NCBI GenBank assembly: GCA_002189035.1
Contig: NEEC01000461.1
Span: 1-17,426, forward strand
Direction: 5' to 3'
DNA: 17,426 nucleotides
Source of the DNA: Utricularia gibba
Taxonomy: Eukaryota > Plantae > Magnoliophyta
Shown: piece after piece, positions 1-13,000 of the stretch
Numbering within the stretch: position 1 is the first letter of the stretch
Layout of the letters: every line of letters begins with the position of its first letter
Position numbers and translations under genes: made by a program
The notes under the pieces: model-generated
What the model was told of the DNA's origin: nothing
What the model saw: only the letters and a program-made list of their open reading frames with translations
Databases searched by the model: none

Positions 1-2
1 AA

Positions 3-314
3 GACCGCCTCCTCAAGTATAAAGTAAGTTGTTGAAAAAATCATGTGGGGTGCACGTGATATCGCAATTTAAACAAATGCATCATTTTTTTTAATCGATT
101 TGCATCCGGTTGACCTCATGAGCCATACAAATCGGGGTAAAGGACCAATTTCCCAGCGAGACTGGCCGCCACAAAACGAGAAGCGGTTCCTTGAAAAACC
201 ATGTAGGTAGTCCCGAAAACCGAACGATATCAAATTTATCACTTTATTTGTGGGGCTATAACTAACTCTCGGCGCAAGCCAAACCTTACCTTTGTCCCGT
301 TCAAGGTGCACCCC
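3..314. repeat. Representative unit: diverged dimer of two ~156-bp monomers (about 3-159 and 160-314)
   Basis: Colinear homologous landmarks at offsets of 156-159 bp: GACCGCCTCCTCAA (3) / GACTGGCCGCCACAA (160); TTGAAAAAATCATGT (32) / TTGAAAAACCATGT (191); AAATGCATCATTTT (75) / AAATTTATCACTTT (232, AAATACATCACTTT in B/C units); AGCCATAC (121) / AGCCAAAC (277). Confidence 0.85.
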
Positions 315-3300
315 GACCGCCTCCCAAGTATAAAGTAAGTTGTTGAAAAAAATCATGTGGGGTGCACGTCATATCGCAATTTAAACAAATGCATCATTTT
401 TTTTAATCGATTTGCATCCGGTTGACCTCATGAGCCATACAGAATCGGGGTCAAAACCAAGTTCCAGCGAGACTGGCCGCCACAAAACGAGAAGCGGTTC
501 CGTTGAAAAACCATGTAGGCAGCCCCCGAAAACCGAACGATAAAAAAATACATCACTTTATTTGCCGGGCTACAACTAACTCTCTCGCCGCAAGCCAAAC
601 CTTACCTTTGTCCCGTTCCAGCTGCACCCAAGACCGCCTCCTCAAGTATAAAGTAAGTTGTTGAAAAAATCATGTGGGGTGCACATGATATCGCAATTTA
701 AACAAATGCATCATTTTTTTTAATCGATTTGCATCGGTTGACCTCATGAGCCATACAGAATCGGGGTCAAGGACCAATTTCCCAGCGAGACTGGCCGCCA
801 CAAAACGAGAAGCGGTTCCTTGAAAAACCATGTAGGCAGTCCCCGAAAACCGAACGATATAAATACATCACTTTATTTGTGGGGCTACAACTAACTCTCG
901 GCGCAAGCCAAACCTTACCTTTGTCCCGTTCAAGGTGCACCCCAAGACGGCCTCCCAAGTATAAAGTAAGTTGTTGAAAAAATCATGTGGGGTGCACGTG
1001 ATATCGCAATTTAAACAAATGCATCATTTTTTTTTAATCGATTTGCATCCGGTTGACCTCATGAGCCATACAGAATCGGGGTCAAGGACCAAGTTCCCAG
1101 CGAGACTGGCCGCCACAAAACGAGAAGCGGTTCCTTGAAAAACCATGTAGGCAGCCCCCGAAAACCGAACGATAAAAAAAATACATCACTTTATTTGCCG
1201 GGCTACAACTAACTCTCGCGCAAGCCAAACCTTACCTTTGTCCCGTTCCAGCTGCACCCAAGACCGCCTCCTCAAGTATAAAGTAAGTTGTTGAAAAAAT
1301 CATGTGGGGTGCACGTGATATCGCAATTTAAACAAATGCATCATTTTTTTTAATCGATTTGCATCCGGTTGACCTCATGAGCCATACAGAATCGGGGTCA
1401 AGGACCAAGTTCCCAGCGAGACTGGCCGCCACAAAACGAGAAGCGGTTCCTTGAAAAACCATGTAGGCAGCCCCGAAAACCGAACGATAAAAATACATCA
1501 CTTTATTTGCCGGGCTACAACTAACTCGGGGCAAGCCAAACCTTACCTTTGTCCGTTCCAGTGCACCCAAAAGACCGCCTCTCAAGTATAAAGTAAGTTG
1601 TTGAAAAAATCATGTGGGGTGCACGTGATATCGCAATTTAAACAAATGCATCATTTTTTTTAATCGATTTGCATCCGGTTGACCTCATGAGCCATACAGA
1701 ATCGGGGTCAAGGACCAAGTTCCAGCGAGACTGGCCGCCACAAAACGAGAAGCGGTTCCTTGAAAAACCATGTAGGCAGCCCCGAAAACCGAACGATAAT
1801 AAATACATCACTTTATTTGTGGGCTACAACTAACTCTCGGCGCAAGCCAAACCTTACCTTTGTCCCGTTCAGCTGCACCCCAAGACCGCCTCTCAAGTAT
1901 AAAGTAAGTTGTTGAAAAAATCATGTGGGGTGCACATCATATCGCAATTTAAACAAATGCATCATTTTTTTTAATCGATTTGCATCGGTTGACCTCATGA
2001 GCCATACAGAATCGGGGTCAAGGACCAAGTTCCCAGCGAGACTGGCCGCCACAAAACGAGAAGCGGTTCCTTGAAAAACCATGTAGGCAGCCCCGAAAAC
2101 CGAACGATATAAATACATCACTTTATTTGTGGGCTATAACTAACTCTCGGCGCAAGCCAAACCTTACCTTTGTCCCGTTCAGCTGCACCCCAAGACCGCC
2201 TCCTCAAGTATAAAGTAAGTTGTTGAAAAAATCATGTGGGGTGCACGTGATATCGCAATTTAAACAAATGCATCATTTTTTTTAATCGATTTGCATCCGG
2301 TTGACCTCATGAGCCATACAGAATCGGGGTCAAGGACCAAGTTCCCAGCGAGACTGGCAGCCACAAAACGAGAAGCGGTTCCTTGAAAAACCATGTAGGC
2401 AGCCCCGAAAACCGAACGATAATAAATACATCACTTTATTTGTACAACTAACTCTGGGGCAAGCCAAACCTTACCTTTGTCCCGTTCCAGCTGCACCCAA
2501 GACCGCCTCCTCAAGTATAAAGTAAGTTGTTGAAAAAATCATGTGGGGTGCACATGATATCGCAATTTAAACAAATGCATCATTTTTTTTAATCGATTTG
2601 CATCCGGTTGACCTCATGAGCCATACAGAATCGGGGTAAAGGACCAAGTTCCCAGCGAGACTGGCCGCCACAAAACGAGAAGCGGTTCCTTGAAAAACCA
2701 TGTAGGCAGTCCCCGAAAACCGAACGATATAAATATCACTTTATTTGTGGGGCTATAACTAACTCTCGCGCAAGCCAAACCTTACCTTTGTCCCGTTCAA
2801 GTGCACCCCAAGACCGCCTCCCAAGTATAAAGTAAGTTGTTGAAAAAATCATGTGGGGTGCACGTCATATCGCAATTTAAACAAATGCATCATTTTTTTT
2901 AAATCGATTTGCATCCGGTTGACCTCATGAGCCATACAGAATCGGGGTCAAGGACCAAGTTCCCAGCGAGACTGGCCGCCACAAAACGAGAAGCGGTTCC
3001 TTGAAAAACCATGTAGGCAGCCCCCGAAAACCGAACGATAAAAATACATCACTTTATTTGCCGGGCTACAACTAACTCTCGCCGCAAGCCAAACCTTACC
3101 TTTGTCCCGTTCCAGCTGCACCCCAAGACCGCCTCCTCAAGTATAAAGTAAGTTGTTGAAAAAATCATGTGGGGTGCACATGATATCGCAATTTAAACAA
3201 ATGCATCATTTTTTTTAATCGATTTCCATCCGGTTGACCTCATGAGCCATACAGAATCGGGGTCAAGGACCAAGTTCCCAGCGAGACTGGCAGCCACAAA

Positions 3301-4062
3301 ACGAGAAGCGGTTCCTTGAAAAACCATGTAGGCAGCCCCGAAAACCGAACGATAATAAATACATCACTTTATTTGGGCTACAACTAACTCTGGGCGCAAG
3401 CCAAACCTTACCTTTGTCCCGTTCCAAGTGCACCCAAGACCGCCTCCTCAAGTATAAAGTAAGTTGTTGAAAAAATCATGTGGGGTGCACGTGATATCGC
3501 AATTTAAACAAATGCATCATTTTTTTTAATCGATTTGCATCCGGTTGACCTCATGAGCCATACAGAATCGGGGTCAAGGACCAAGTTCCCAGCGAGACTG
3601 GCCGCCACAAAACGAGAAGCGGTTCCTTGAAAAACCATGTAGGCAGCCCCCGAAAACCGAACGATAAAAATACATCACTTTATTTGTGGGCTACAACTAA
3701 CTCTCGCCGCAAGCCAAACCTTACCTTTGTCCCGTTCAAGGTGCACCCAAGACCGCCTCCCAAGTATAAAGTAAGTTGTTGAAAAAAATCATGTGGGGTG
3801 CACGTGATATCGCAATTTAAACAAATGCATCATTTTTTTTAATCGATTTGCATCCGGTTGACCTCATGAGCCATACAGAATCGGGGTCAAGGACCAAGTT
3901 CCCAGCGAGACTGGCCGCCACAAAACGAGAAGCGGTTCCTTGAAAAACCATGTAGGCAGCCCCGAAAACCGAACGATAATAAATACATCACTTTATTTGC
4001 CGGGCTACAACTAACTCTCGCGCAAGCCAAACCTTACCTTTGTCCCGTTCAAGTGCACCCAA

Positions 4063-7000
4063 GACCGCCTCCTCAAGTATAAAGTAAGTTGTTGAAAAAA
4101 TCATGTGGGGTGCACGTGATATCGCAATTTAAACAAATGCATCATTTTTTTTAATCGATTTGCATCCGGTTGACCTCATGAGCCATACAGAATCGGGGTC
4201 AAGGACCAAGTTCCCAGCGAGACTGGCCGCCACAAAAACGAGAAGCGGTTCCTTGAAAAACCATGTAGGCAGCCCCCCGAAAACCGAACGATAAAAAATA
4301 CATCACTTTATTTGCGGGCTACAACTAACTCTCTGCAAGCCAAACCTTACCTTTGTCCCGTTCCAAGTGCACCCAAGACCGCCTCTCAAGTATAAAGTAA
4401 GTTGTTGAAAAAATCATGTGGGGTGCACGTGATATCGCAATTTAAACAAATGCATCATTTTTTTTAATCGATTTGCATCCGGTTGACCTCATGAGCCATA
4501 CAGAATCGGGGTCAAAACCAAGTTCCCAGCGAGACTGGCCGCCACAAAACGAGAAGCGGTTCCTTGAAAAACCATGTAGGCAGCCCCCGAAAACCGAACG
4601 ATAAAAAATACATCACTTTATTTGCCGGGCTACAACTAACTCTCGCCGCAAGCCAAACCTTACCTTTGTCCCGTTCAGCTGCACCCCAAGACCGCCTCCT
4701 CAAGTATAAAGTAAGTTGTTGAAAAAATCATGTGGGGTGCACATGATATCGCAATTTAAACAAATGCATCATTTTTTTTAATCGATTTGCATCCGGTTGA
4801 CCTCATGAGCCATACAGAATCGGGGTCAAGGACCAAGTTCCAGCGAGACTGGCCCACAAACGAGAAGCGGTTCCTTGAAAAACCATGTAGGTAGCCCGAA
4901 AACCGAACGATATAAATATCACTTTATTTGGGGGGCTATAACTAACTCTCGGCGCAAGCCAAACCTTACCTTTGTCCCGTTCAAGGTGCACCCAAGACCG
5001 CCTCCCCAAGTATAAAGTAAGTTGTTGAAAAAATCATGTGGGGTGCACATGATATCGCAATTTAAACAAATGCATCATTTTTTTTAATCGATTTGCATCC
5101 GGTTGACCTCATGAGCCATACAGAATCGGGGTCAAGGACCAAGTTCCCAGCGAGACTGGCCGCCACAAAACGAGAAGCGGTTCCTTGAAAAACCATGTAG
5201 GCAGCCCCCGAAAACCGAACGATAATAAATACATCACTTTATTTGCCGGGCTACAACTAACTCTGGCGCAAGCCAAACCTTACCTTTGTCCCGTTCCAAG
5301 TGCACCCAACCGCCTCTCAAGTATAAAGTAAGTTGTTGAAAAAATCATGTGGGGTGCACGTGATATCGCAATTTAAACAAATGCATCATTTTTTTTAATC
5401 GATTTGCATCCGGTTGACCTCATGAGCCATACAGAATCGGGGTCAAGGACCAAGTTCCCAGCGAGACTGGCCGCCACAAAACGAGAAGCGGTTCCTTGAA
5501 AAACCATGTAGGCAGCCCCGAAAACCGAACGATAATAAATACATCACTTTATTTGCCGGGCTACAACTAACTCTCGCCGCAAGCCAAACCTTACCTTTGT
5601 CCCGTTCCAGCTGCACCCAAGACCGCCTCCTCAAGTATAAAGTAAGTTGTTGAAAAAATCATGTGGGGTGCACATGATATCGCAATTTAAACAAATGCAT
5701 CATTTTTTTTAATCGATTTGCATCCGGTTGACCTCATGAGCCATACAGAATCGGGGTAAAGGACCAAGTTCCCAGCGAGACTGGCCGCCACAAACGAGAA
5801 GCGGTTCCTTGAAAAACCATGTAGGTAGCCCCGAAAACCGAACGATAAAATACATCACTTTATTTGTGGGGCTATAACTAACTCTCGCGCAAGCCAAACC
5901 TTACCTTTGTCCCGTTCAAGGTGCACCCAAGACCGCCTCCTCAAGTATAAAGTAAGTTGTTGAAAAAAATCATGTGGGGTGCACGTGATATCGCAATTTA
6001 AACAAATGCATCATTTTTTTTAATCGATTTCCATCCGGTTGACCTCATGAGCCATACAGAATCGGGGTCAAGGACCAAGTTCCCAGCGAGACTGGCAGCC
6101 ACAAAACGAGAAGCGGTTCCTTGAAAAACCATGTAGGCAGCCCCCGAAAACCGAACGATAAAAAATACATCACTTTATTTGCCGGGCTACAACTAACTCT
6201 GGGTGCAAGCCAAACCTTACCTTTGTCCCGTTCCAAGTGCACCCAAGACCGCCTCTCAAGTATAAAGTAAGTTGTTGAAAAAATCATGTGGGGTGCACGT
6301 GATATCGCAATTTAAACAAATGCATCATTTTTTTTAATCGATTTGCATCCGGTTGACCTCATGAGCCATACAGAATCGGGGTCAAGGACCAAGTTCCCAG
6401 CGAGACTGGCCGCCACAAACGAGAAGCGGTTCCTTGAAAAACCATGTAGGCAGCCCCGAAAACCGAACGATAAAAAATACATCACTTTATTTGCCGGGCT
6501 ACACTAACTCTCGGCGCAAGCCAAACCTTACCTTTGTCCCGTTCCAGCTGCACCCAAGACCGCCTCCTCAAGTATAAAGTAAGTTGTTGAAAAAATCATG
6601 TGGGGTGCACATGATATCGCAATTTAAACAAATGCATCATTTTTTTTAATCGATTTGCATCCGGTTGACCTCATGAGCCATACAGAATCGGGGTCAAGGA
6701 CCAAGTTCCCAGCGAGACTGGCAGCCACAAACGAGAAGCGGTTCCTTGAAAAACCATGTAGGCAGCCCCGAAAACCGAACGATAATAAATACATCACTTT
6801 ATTTGTGGGGCTATAACTAACTCTCGGCGCAAGCCAAACCTTACCTTTGTCCCGTTCAAGGTGCACCCCAAGACCGCCTCCCCAAGTATAAAGTAAGTTG
6901 TTGAAAAAATCATGTGGGGTGCACGTGATATCGCAATTTAAACAAATGCATCATTTTTTTTAATCGATTTGCATCCGGTTGACCTCATGAGCCATACAGA

Positions 7001-10000
7001 ATCGGGGTCAAGGACCAAGTTCCCAGCGAGACTGGCCGCCACAAAACGAGAAGCGGTTCCTTGAAAAACCATGTAGGCAGCCCCCCGAAAACCGAACGAT
7101 AAAAATACATCACTTTATTTGCCGGGCTACAACTAACTCTCGGTGCAAGCCAAACCTTACCTTTGTCCCGTTCCAAGTGCACCCAAAAGACCGCCTCTCA
7201 AATATAAAGTAAGTTGTTGAAAAAATCATGTGGGGTGCACGTGATATCGCAATTTAAACAAATGCATCATTTTTTTTAATCGATTTGCATCCGGTTGACC
7301 TCATGAGCCATACAGAATCGGGGTCAAGGACCAAGTTCCCAGCGAGACTGGCCGCCACAAAACGAGAAGCGGTTCCTTGAAAAACCATGTAGGCAGCCCC
7401 GAAAACCGAACGATAATAAATACATCACTTTATTTGCCGGGCTACAACTAACTCTCGCCGCAAGCCAAACCTTACCTTTGTCCCGTTCCAGCTGCACCCC
7501 AAGACCGCCTCCTCAAGTATAAAGTAAGTTGTTGAAAAAATCATGTGGGGTGCACATGATATCGCAATTTAAACAAATGCATCATTTTTTTTAATCGATT
7601 TGCATCGGTTGACCTCATGAGCCATACAGAATCGGGGTAAAGGACCAATTTCCCAGCGAGACTGGCCGCCACAAAACGAGAAGCGGTTCCTTGAAAAACC
7701 ATGTAGGTAGCCCCGAAAACCGAACGATATAAATCACTTTATTTGTGGGCTATAACTAACTCTCGGCGCAAGCCAAACCTTACCTTTGTCCCGTTCAAGG
7801 TGCACCCCAAGACCGCCTCCCCAAGTATAAAGTAAGTTGTTGAAAAAATCATGTGGGGTGCACGTGATATCGCAATTTAAACAAATGCATCATTTTTTTT
7901 AATCGATTTGCATCCGGTTGACCTCATGAGCCATACAGAATCGGGGTCAAGGACCAAGTTCCCAGCGAGACTGGCCGCCACAAACGAGAAGCGGTTCCTT
8001 GAAAAACCATGTAGGCAGCCCCGAAAACCGAACGATAAAAAATACATCACTTTATTTGCGGGCTACAACTAACTCTGGGTGCAAGCCAAACCTTACCTTT
8101 GTCCCGTTCCAAGTGCACCCAAAAACCGCCTCTCAAGTATAAAGTAAGTTGTTGAAAAAATCATGTGGGGTGCACGTGATATCGCAATTTAAACAAATGC
8201 ATCATTTTTTTTAATCGATTTGCATCCGGTTGACCTCATGAGCCATACAGAATCGGGGTCAAAACCAAGTTCCCAGCGAGACTGGCCGCCACAAACGAGA
8301 AGCGGTTCCTTGAAAAACCATGTAGGCAGCCCCCGAAAACCGAACGATAAAAATACATCACTTTATTTGCCGGGCTACAACTAACTCTCGGCGCAAGCCA
8401 AACCTTACCTTTGTCCCGTTCCAGCTGCACCCCAAGACCGCCTCCTCAAGTATAAAGTAAGTTGTTGAAAAATCATGTGGGGTGCACATGATATCGCAAT
8501 TTAAACAAATGCATCATTTTTTTTAATCGATTTCCATCCGGTTGACCTCATGAGCCATACAGAATCGGGGTCAAGGACCAAGTTCCCAGCGAGACTGGCC
8601 GCCACAAACGAGAAGCGGTTCCTTGAAAAACCATGTAGGTAGCCCGAAAACCGAACGATATAAATTTATCACTTTATTTGTGGGGCTATAACTAACTCTC
8701 GGCGCAAGCCAAACCTTACCTTTGTCCCGTTCAAGGTGCACCCCAAGACCGCCTCCCCAAGTATAAAGTAAGTTGTTGAAAAAATCATGTGGGGTGCACG
8801 TGATATCGCAATTTAAACAAATGCATCATTTTTTTTAATCGATTTGCATCCGGTTGACCTCATGAGCCATACAGAATCGGGGTCAAGGACCAAGTTCCCA
8901 GCGAGACTGGCCGCCACAAAACGAGAAGCGGTTCCTTGAAAAACCATGTAGGCAGCCCCGAAAACCGAACGATAATAAATACATCACTTTATTTGCCGGG
9001 CTACAACTAACTCTCGGCGCAAGCCAAACCTTACCTTTGTCCCGTTCCAAGTGCACCCAAAGACCGCCTCTCAAGTATAAAGTAAGTTGTTGAAAAAATC
9101 ATGTGGGGTGCACGTGATATCGCAATTTAAACAAATGCATCATTTTTTTTAATCGATTTGCATCCGGTTGACCTCATGAGCCATACAGAATCGGGGTCAA
9201 GGACCAAGTTCCCAGCGAGACTGGCCGCCACAAAACGAGAAGCGGTTCCTTGAAAAACCATGTAGGCAGCCCCCGAAAACCGAACGATAATAAATACATC
9301 ACTTTATTTGCCGGCTACAACTAACTCTCGGCAAGCCAAACCTTACCTTTGTCCCGTTCCATGCACCCAAGACCGCCTCCTCAAGTATAAAGTAAGTTGT
9401 TGAAAAAATCATGTGGGGTGCACATGATATCGCAATTTAAACAAATGCATCATTTTTTTTAATCGATTTGCATCGGTTGACCTCATGAGCCATACAGAAT
9501 CGGGGTAAAGGACCAATTTCCCAGCGAGACTGGCCGCCACAAAACGAGAAGCGGTTCCTTGAAAACCATGTAGGTAGTCCCCGAAAACCGAACGATATAA
9601 ATTTATCACTTTATTTGTGGGCTATAACTAACTCTCGGCGCAAGCCAAACCTTACCTTTGTCCCGTTCAAGGTGCACCCAAGACCGCCTCCCAAGTATAA
9701 AGTAAGTTGTTGAAAAAATCATGTGGGGTGCACGTGATATCGCAATTTAAACAAATGCATCATTTTTTTTAATCGATTTGCATCCGGTTGACCTCATGAG
9801 CCATACAGAATCGGGGTCAAGGACCAAGTTCCCAGCGAGACTGGCCGCCACAAAACGAGAAGCGGTTCCTTGAAAAACCATGTAGGCAGCCCCGAAAACC
9901 GAACGATAAAAATACATCACTTTATTTGCGGGCTACAACTAACTCTGGGTGCAAGCCAAACCTTACCTTTGTCCCGTTCCAAGTGCACCCAAAAACCGCC

Positions 10001-13000
10001 TCCTCAAGTATAAAGTAAGTTGTTGAAAAAATCATGTGGGGTGCACGTGATATCGCAATTTAAACAATGCATCATTTTTTTTAATCGATTTGCATCCGGT
10101 TGACCTCATGAGCCATACAGAATCGGGGTCAAGGACCAAGTTCCCAGCGAGACTGGCCGCCACAAAACGAGAAGCGGTTCCTTGAAAAACCATGTAGGCA
10201 GCCCCGAAAACCGAACGATAAAAAATACATCACTTTATTTGCCGGGCTACAACTAACTCTCGGCGCAAGCCAAACCTTACCTTTGTCCCGTTCCAGTGCA
10301 CCCCAAGACCGCCTCCTCAAGTATAAAGTAAGTTGTTGAAAAAATCATGTGGGGTGCACATGATATCGCAATTTAAACAAATGCATCATTTTTTTTAATC
10401 GATTTCCATCCGGTTGACCTCATGAGCCATACAGAATCGGGGTCAAGGACCAAGTTCCCAGCGAGACTGGCCGCCACAAAACGAGAAGCGGTTCCTTGAA
10501 AAACCATGTAGGCAGCCCCGAAAACCGAACGATATAAATATCACTTTATTTGGGGCTACAACTAACTCTCGGCGCAAGCCAAACCTTACTTTGTCCCGTT
10601 CAAGGTGCACCCCAAGACCGCCTCCTCAAGTATAAAGTAAGTTGTTGAAAAAATCATGTGGGGTGCACGTGATATCGCAATTTAAACAAATGCATCATTT
10701 TTTTTAATCGATTTGCATCCGGTTGACCTCATGAGCCATACAGAATCGGGGTCAAGGACCAAGTTCCCAGCGAGACTGGCCGCCACAAAACGAGAAGCGG
10801 TTCCTTGAAAAACCATGTAGGCAGCCCCCGAAAACCGAACGATAATAAATACATCACTTTATTTGCGGGCTACAACTAACTCTCGCCGCAAGCCAAACCT
10901 TACCTTTGTCCCGTTCCAGTGCACCCCAAGACCGCCTCCTCAAGTATAAAGTAAGTTGTTGAAAAAATCATGTGGGGTGCACATGATATCGCAATTTAAA
11001 CAAATGCATCATTTTTTTTAATCGATTTGCATCGGTTGACCTCATGAGCCATACAAATCGGGGTAAAGGACCAATTTCCAGCGAGACTGGCCGCCACTAA
11101 ACGAGAAGCGGTTCCTTGGAAAACCATGTAGGTAGTCCCCGAAAACCGAACGATATCAAATTTATCACTTTATTGTGGGGCTATAACTAACTCTCGGCGC
11201 AAGCCAAACCTTACCTTTGTCCCGTTCAAGGTGCACCCCAAGACCGCCTCCTCAAGTATAAAGTAAGTTGTTGAAAAAAATCATGTGGGGTGCACGTCAT
11301 ATCGCAATTTAAACAAATGCATCATTTTTTTTAATCGATTTCCATCCGGTTGACCTCATGAGCCATACAGAATCGGGGTCAAGGACCAAGTTCCCAGCGA
11401 GACTGGCAGCCACAAAACGAGAAGCGGTTCCTTGAAAAACCATGTAGGCAGCCCCCGAAAACCGAACGATAAAAAATACATCACTTTATTTGCCGGCTAC
11501 AACTAACTCTGGGTGCAAGCCAAACCTTACCTTTGTCCCGTTCCAAGTGCACCCAAAAACCGCCTCTCAAGTATAAAGTAAGTTGTTGAAAAATCATGTG
11601 GGGTGCACGTGATATCGCAATTTAAACAAATGCATCATTTTTTTTAATCGATTTGCATCCGGTTGACCTCATGAGCCATACAGAATCGGGGTCAAAACCA
11701 AGTTCCCAGCGAGACTGGCCGCCACAAAACGAGAAGCGGTTCCTGAAAAACCATGTAGGCAGCCCCGAAAACCGAACGATAAAAATACATCACTTTATTT
11801 GCCGGGCTACAACTAACTCTCGCGCAAGCCAAACCTTACCTTTGTCCCGTTCCAGCTGCACCCAAGACCGCCTCCTCAAGTATAAAGTAAGTTGTTGAAA
11901 AAATCATGTGGGGTGCACATGATATCGCAATTTAAAAAAATGCATCATTTTTTTTAATCGATTTCCATCCGGTTGACCTCATGAGCCATACAGAATCGGG
12001 GTCAAGGACCAAGTTCCCAGCGAGACTGGCAGCCACAAACGAGAAGCGGTTCCTTGAAAACCATGTAGGTAGTCCCCGAAAACCGAACGATATCAAATTT
12101 ATCACTTTATTTGTGGGGCTATAACTAACTCTCGGCGCAAGCCAAACCTTACCTTTGTCCCGTTCAAGGTGCACCCCAAGACCGCCTCCCCAAGTATAAA
12201 GTAAGTTGTTGAAAAAATCATGTGGGGTGCACATGATATCGCAATTTAAACAAATGCATCATTTTTTTTTAATCGATTTGCATCCGGTTGACCTCATGAG
12301 CCATACAGAATCGGGGTCAAGGACCAAGTTCCCAGCGAGACTGGCCGCCACAAAACGAGAAGCGGTTCCTGAAAAACCATGTAGGCAGCCCCCGAAAACC
12401 GAACGATAAAAATACATCACTTTATTTGCCGGGCTACAACTAACTCTGGGTGCAAGCCAAACCTTACCTTTGTCCCGTTCCAAGTGCACCCAAAACCGCC
12501 TCTCAAATATAAAGTAAGTTGTTGAAAAAATCATGTGGGGTGCACGTGATATCGCAATTTAAACAAATGCATCATTTTTTTTTAATCGATTTGCATCCGG
12601 TTGACCTCATGAGCCATACAGAATCGGGGTCAAGGACCAAGTTCCCAGCGAGACTGGCCGCCACAAAACGAGAAGCGGTTCCTTGAAAAACCATGTAGGC
12701 AGCCCCCGAAAACCGAACGATAAAAAATACATCACTTTATTTGCCGGGCTACAACTAACTCTGCCGCAAGCCAAACCTTACCTTTGTCCCGTTCAGCTGC
12801 ACCCCAAGACCGCCTCCTCAAGTATAAAGTAAGTTGTTGAAAAAATCATGTGGGGTGCACATGATATCGCAATTTAAACAAATGCATCATTTTTTTTAAT
12901 CGATTTGCATCCGGTTGACCTCATGAGCCATACAGAATCGGGGTCAAGGACCAATTTCCCAGCGAGACTGGCCGCCACAAACGAGAAGCGGTTCCTTGAA

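Noticed and set aside
50-121. Synthetic polylinker (ApaLI, PmlI, EcoRV, DraI, NsiI, ClaI, BspHI sites in a row)
   Set aside because: The sites sit in a half that is homologous to the other half of the unit, there is no vector sequence, and the subtype and HOR variation looks evolved rather than designed.
47-140. G-quadruplex or i-motif potential from GGGG and CCCC runs
   Set aside because: G runs on either strand are too few and too far apart (tens of bases) to form a compact four-tract motif.
212-224. CENP-B-box-like motif on the minus strand (TTCGGTTTTCGGG)
   Set aside because: The canonical box needs TTCG-N4-A-N2-CGGG (7 nt between the half-sites). Here the spacer is 5 nt and the conserved A is missing.
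35-250. Phased A-tracts implying intrinsic curvature
   Set aside because: A/T runs are present (35, 68, 85, 173, 194, 216, 232, 243), but by eye their spacing does not follow a consistent ~10.5-bp phase. A bendability calculation would be needed.
885-920. Minus-strand resemblance (AGGTAAGGTTTGGCTTGCGCCGAGAGTTAGTTGTAG) to the internal control region of 5S rRNA as I recall it, with a unit size similar to some 5S rDNA repeats
   Set aside because: The match is short and needs several gaps. Flanks do not extend into a 120-nt 5S gene, and other 5S-like words (TTGCATCC, TGACCTC) lie on the opposite strand. An Rfam RF00001 cmsearch hit would overturn this.
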